NCBI GenBank assembly: GCA_040954595.2
Contig: CM082582.2
Coordinates: 11,714,415 to 11,778,414 of the forward strand
Direction: 5' to 3'
Origin: Balanoglossus misakiensis
Lineage: Eukaryota; Animalia; Hemichordata
Length of the DNA stretch: 64,000 nucleotides
Part shown: positions 61,601-64,000 of the stretch, piece by piece
How positions within the stretch are numbered: position 1 is the stretch's first letter
Layout: each line of letters begins with the position of its first letter
The notes under the pieces: model-generated
Told to the model about the DNA's origin: nothing
Seen by the model: the letters and a program-made list of their open reading frames with translations, nothing else
The model's database searches: none
Made by a program: the position numbers and the translations under genes

Positions 61601-63848
61601 AGTTGTAATGACCAATAAATGGTAGGGCATGCATTATCGCTGGACATGAAAGTACTTATGTGAGTGCAATGAGTTCCATGTTGAGTCAAAATTTGATTGA
61701 TGAGAAGACCTATGATCTGCAAAAAGAATGACCACTATGCCTTTTGTGCTTACGCATAATAAGCTTGAACTTTTTTACCAATGCCTACGCAAACTAAAGA
61801 AAAATATGAGTACCAAGTACAAATTATCAAAAGCTGTAGCTACTGTTAGTTAAAACGCACGTGTCTGAAGAGATGAAAGCGATAGGCTAAAGTGGTAATA
61901 ATTTGAGCGTCTGCACGCCTTGGGGCAGCCACGATCAAATCAAGAAAACTGATCATCGCCGGTTGAGACCGAGTCACTTTCAACACTGAGCTGTCCGTGC
62001 TTACAGATACTGGCGTGATTGAATTGTACGAATACTCATCCCCGGCAACGGAATATGAGAGATTTCTCAGATACGGTGCTGCGTGGGTTGTCATGCGAAA
62101 AAAGTCTTAATCTTGTGAAATCGTCATAACAGAGAAACTTTGACCTCGTTTGAGCATGTTTTGCAAATAAAGTCTTCGAATTCCCCAAGTAAGCGCCTTT
62201 CACTTATAAATTTAACATTTTAAAATTTATTGTATTATTATTCGCATTAAAAGTGCAGAGTTCTTTCCTTATATGCGGTGATCAAGAAAAATAGCGTGCG
62301 GCTTTTGAATCGGACTGATATATCTGTTAATCAGCAGAATTGTTGACTCCGTAATTCCTAATATTTGGCTGATGAGAGCTCACACATCGATTAAGCGCCG
62401 TTTTCACTCAGCCTAACACATTTGTCACTTGTAACACGTAACACAAATACAGAGAGATGGTATTCAACAAATGACAGGAAAACTATAAACCTATCAGGTA
62501 CAGTGACAGAAAACAACACGAGGGTGTCCCTTAAGAGTCTTATCCATCTTTGTGTATCGCCTTCGTTGCGTGGGAATTAATGTTATGAATGGACGTTACC
62601 GCTGAAGTCGCCATTGATCACGCTAATCGATCTTTATCAAACCCATCTATAGCCGTGTACATGTTACGTGTTTCGTGTCAAACGCTGGCCTACGACTGTG
62701 AATATATTCCAAAGCCTTGAGTAAACTGACTTCTGTGTTACAGAGACCCTTAAATGTGGAGACTCTTTTTTCTCTCTCACACGAACTGCTAAAAGTGAAC
62801 AAGCAAATAATGTTCAGATGGTGAAAGAGGGTATGGTCCTTGTGACGCAGCCCGTACGACCGCCAGATATCGCGAATGCACATGAACTGCGTGACTGCTG
62901 TACTAACAACACTTTCCGTCTGACTCAAAAAGACTAAATAGAAACAGTGTATAGCAACAGTCTGTCGCTGCAGTCGACTATATCACCACTTAAGAATTAA
63001 TGAGCTATATCCACGTTCGATCAATTTTTCGATTTGCTTTTATTCTCGTCAAGTCCACAGGTTACGCCACTTATATTCATTCCTCTGCATTCGCGGAAAA
63101 TGGGCAGAGAGAGTGAGTGTCTGTATATTATGGATTCCGTTGACTACACTAGTGGCACGCCGCTGTCGACGTCGCATCTCGCGAGCACGTCTTCCTGAGC
63201 CGGCATTGCTAAAGCAAATCAAATTGGGCCTTTACTGCATCGCTTTAAATCGCTTGTTATGCGCTGTCACTGTAATGTCTAATAAACCATGTGGGTTTAT
63301 CTAAATGTAATTACTGCTGTCGCTCCCGTCATTTCCTGGAGATGGGAACACTTTGTGGCGGTAATTCGCAATCGCCACAGTCGATTGCATTCTGCCAGCC
63401 AGCAGTGTTGAGCGCCCGTTGTGCATTCTTGCCTTCTTGCCGGCGAGTTGTGCACACCCACACAATCAAATGTAATGATCTAGCAGGGAACGAACTTTCC
63501 CATGGCTGGTATCAAAAGCTAGAAATTGGTATCCCTTCGGCAAAAAATAACGACGTACCTAGGGAGTCGTCATTTTTATCCACTGAGGAGCCTCGCTTTG
63601 AGGCAAGTAGTCTCGGCGATCAAGTCAAATCTCGAGCTCTGACACTAGAGTTAGGACCACTTTGAGCGGCAAGTAAAATTTCGATTCAACTACTCGCCTA
63701 GAATTATAACGCCTCATTTTGATCGTCCTGTGACAGGTATACGGGACACCTACGCTGTTTAGAATACCCGAGCAGGAGGGCGGCCCTATGCAGCGAAAAG
63801 CGGGGAAGAATACACCAATAAGATCACTTGCATAAAAAAAAGGCGGAG

Positions 63849-64000
63849 ATGGATAAAATTCGTTACTATGGCTTCTACTTCAAGACGATGTTCTTCGGGT
63901 TCAACAACGGGTACAGTGAGTTCTGTGAAGGAACAACTAGAGACGACATCGAGCTGTGTCCGAAGGAAGCCAACGGATTTGTCAGCATGGACAACGGCAA
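63849..64000 (+). CDS. Possible first coding exon of a gene continuing beyond the right edge (product unknown)
   Basis: A candidate acceptor (...TGACAG) ends at 63736. ATG 63849 (GAGATGG) opens MDKIRYYGFYFKTMFFGFNNGYSEFCEGTTRDDIELCPKEANGFVSMDNG with no stop before the edge. An overlapping frame from ATG 63868 (ACTATGG; MASTSRRCSSGSTTG...) is also open. No recognisable motif. Confidence 0.3.
   Translation, partial: MDKIRYYGFYFKTMFFGFNNGYSEFCEGTTRDDIELCPKEANGFVSMDNG

Noticed and set aside
38324-63665. Numerous 60-149-aa ORFs in the right-hand 25 kb
   Set aside because: Random-looking composition, mostly non-ATG starts, no domain motifs and no convincing chain of splice sites.

Overview
Eukaryotic, intron-rich, AT-rich genomic DNA with GT-AG introns, most consistent with an invertebrate animal (taxon is an inference). 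Five spliced genes were reconstructed by hand with phase-consistent exons: (1) GMDS, minus strand, 9 exons visible, 3' end off-window; (2) a divergently transcribed 354-aa gene fusing tandem SAM domains to a retropepsin-like (clan AA, D-S-G) aspartyl protease; (3) a ZNFX1-family UPF1-like helicase of about 2441 aa with an expanded Zn-finger array, an apparently degenerate RZ finger and a spliced-on C-terminal RGG tail that the ORF track splits off; (4) an SLC7 LAT-type amino-acid transporter light chain; (5) an SLC5 NIS/SMVT/SMCT-like sodium:solute symporter. About 38.3-63.7 kb has no recognisable coding exon, and a possible gene start lies at the right edge. The best candidate for undescribed biology is the SAM-SAM-protease, followed by the remodelled ZNFX1 next to it. 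No database searches were run. Family assignments rest on recalled motifs.
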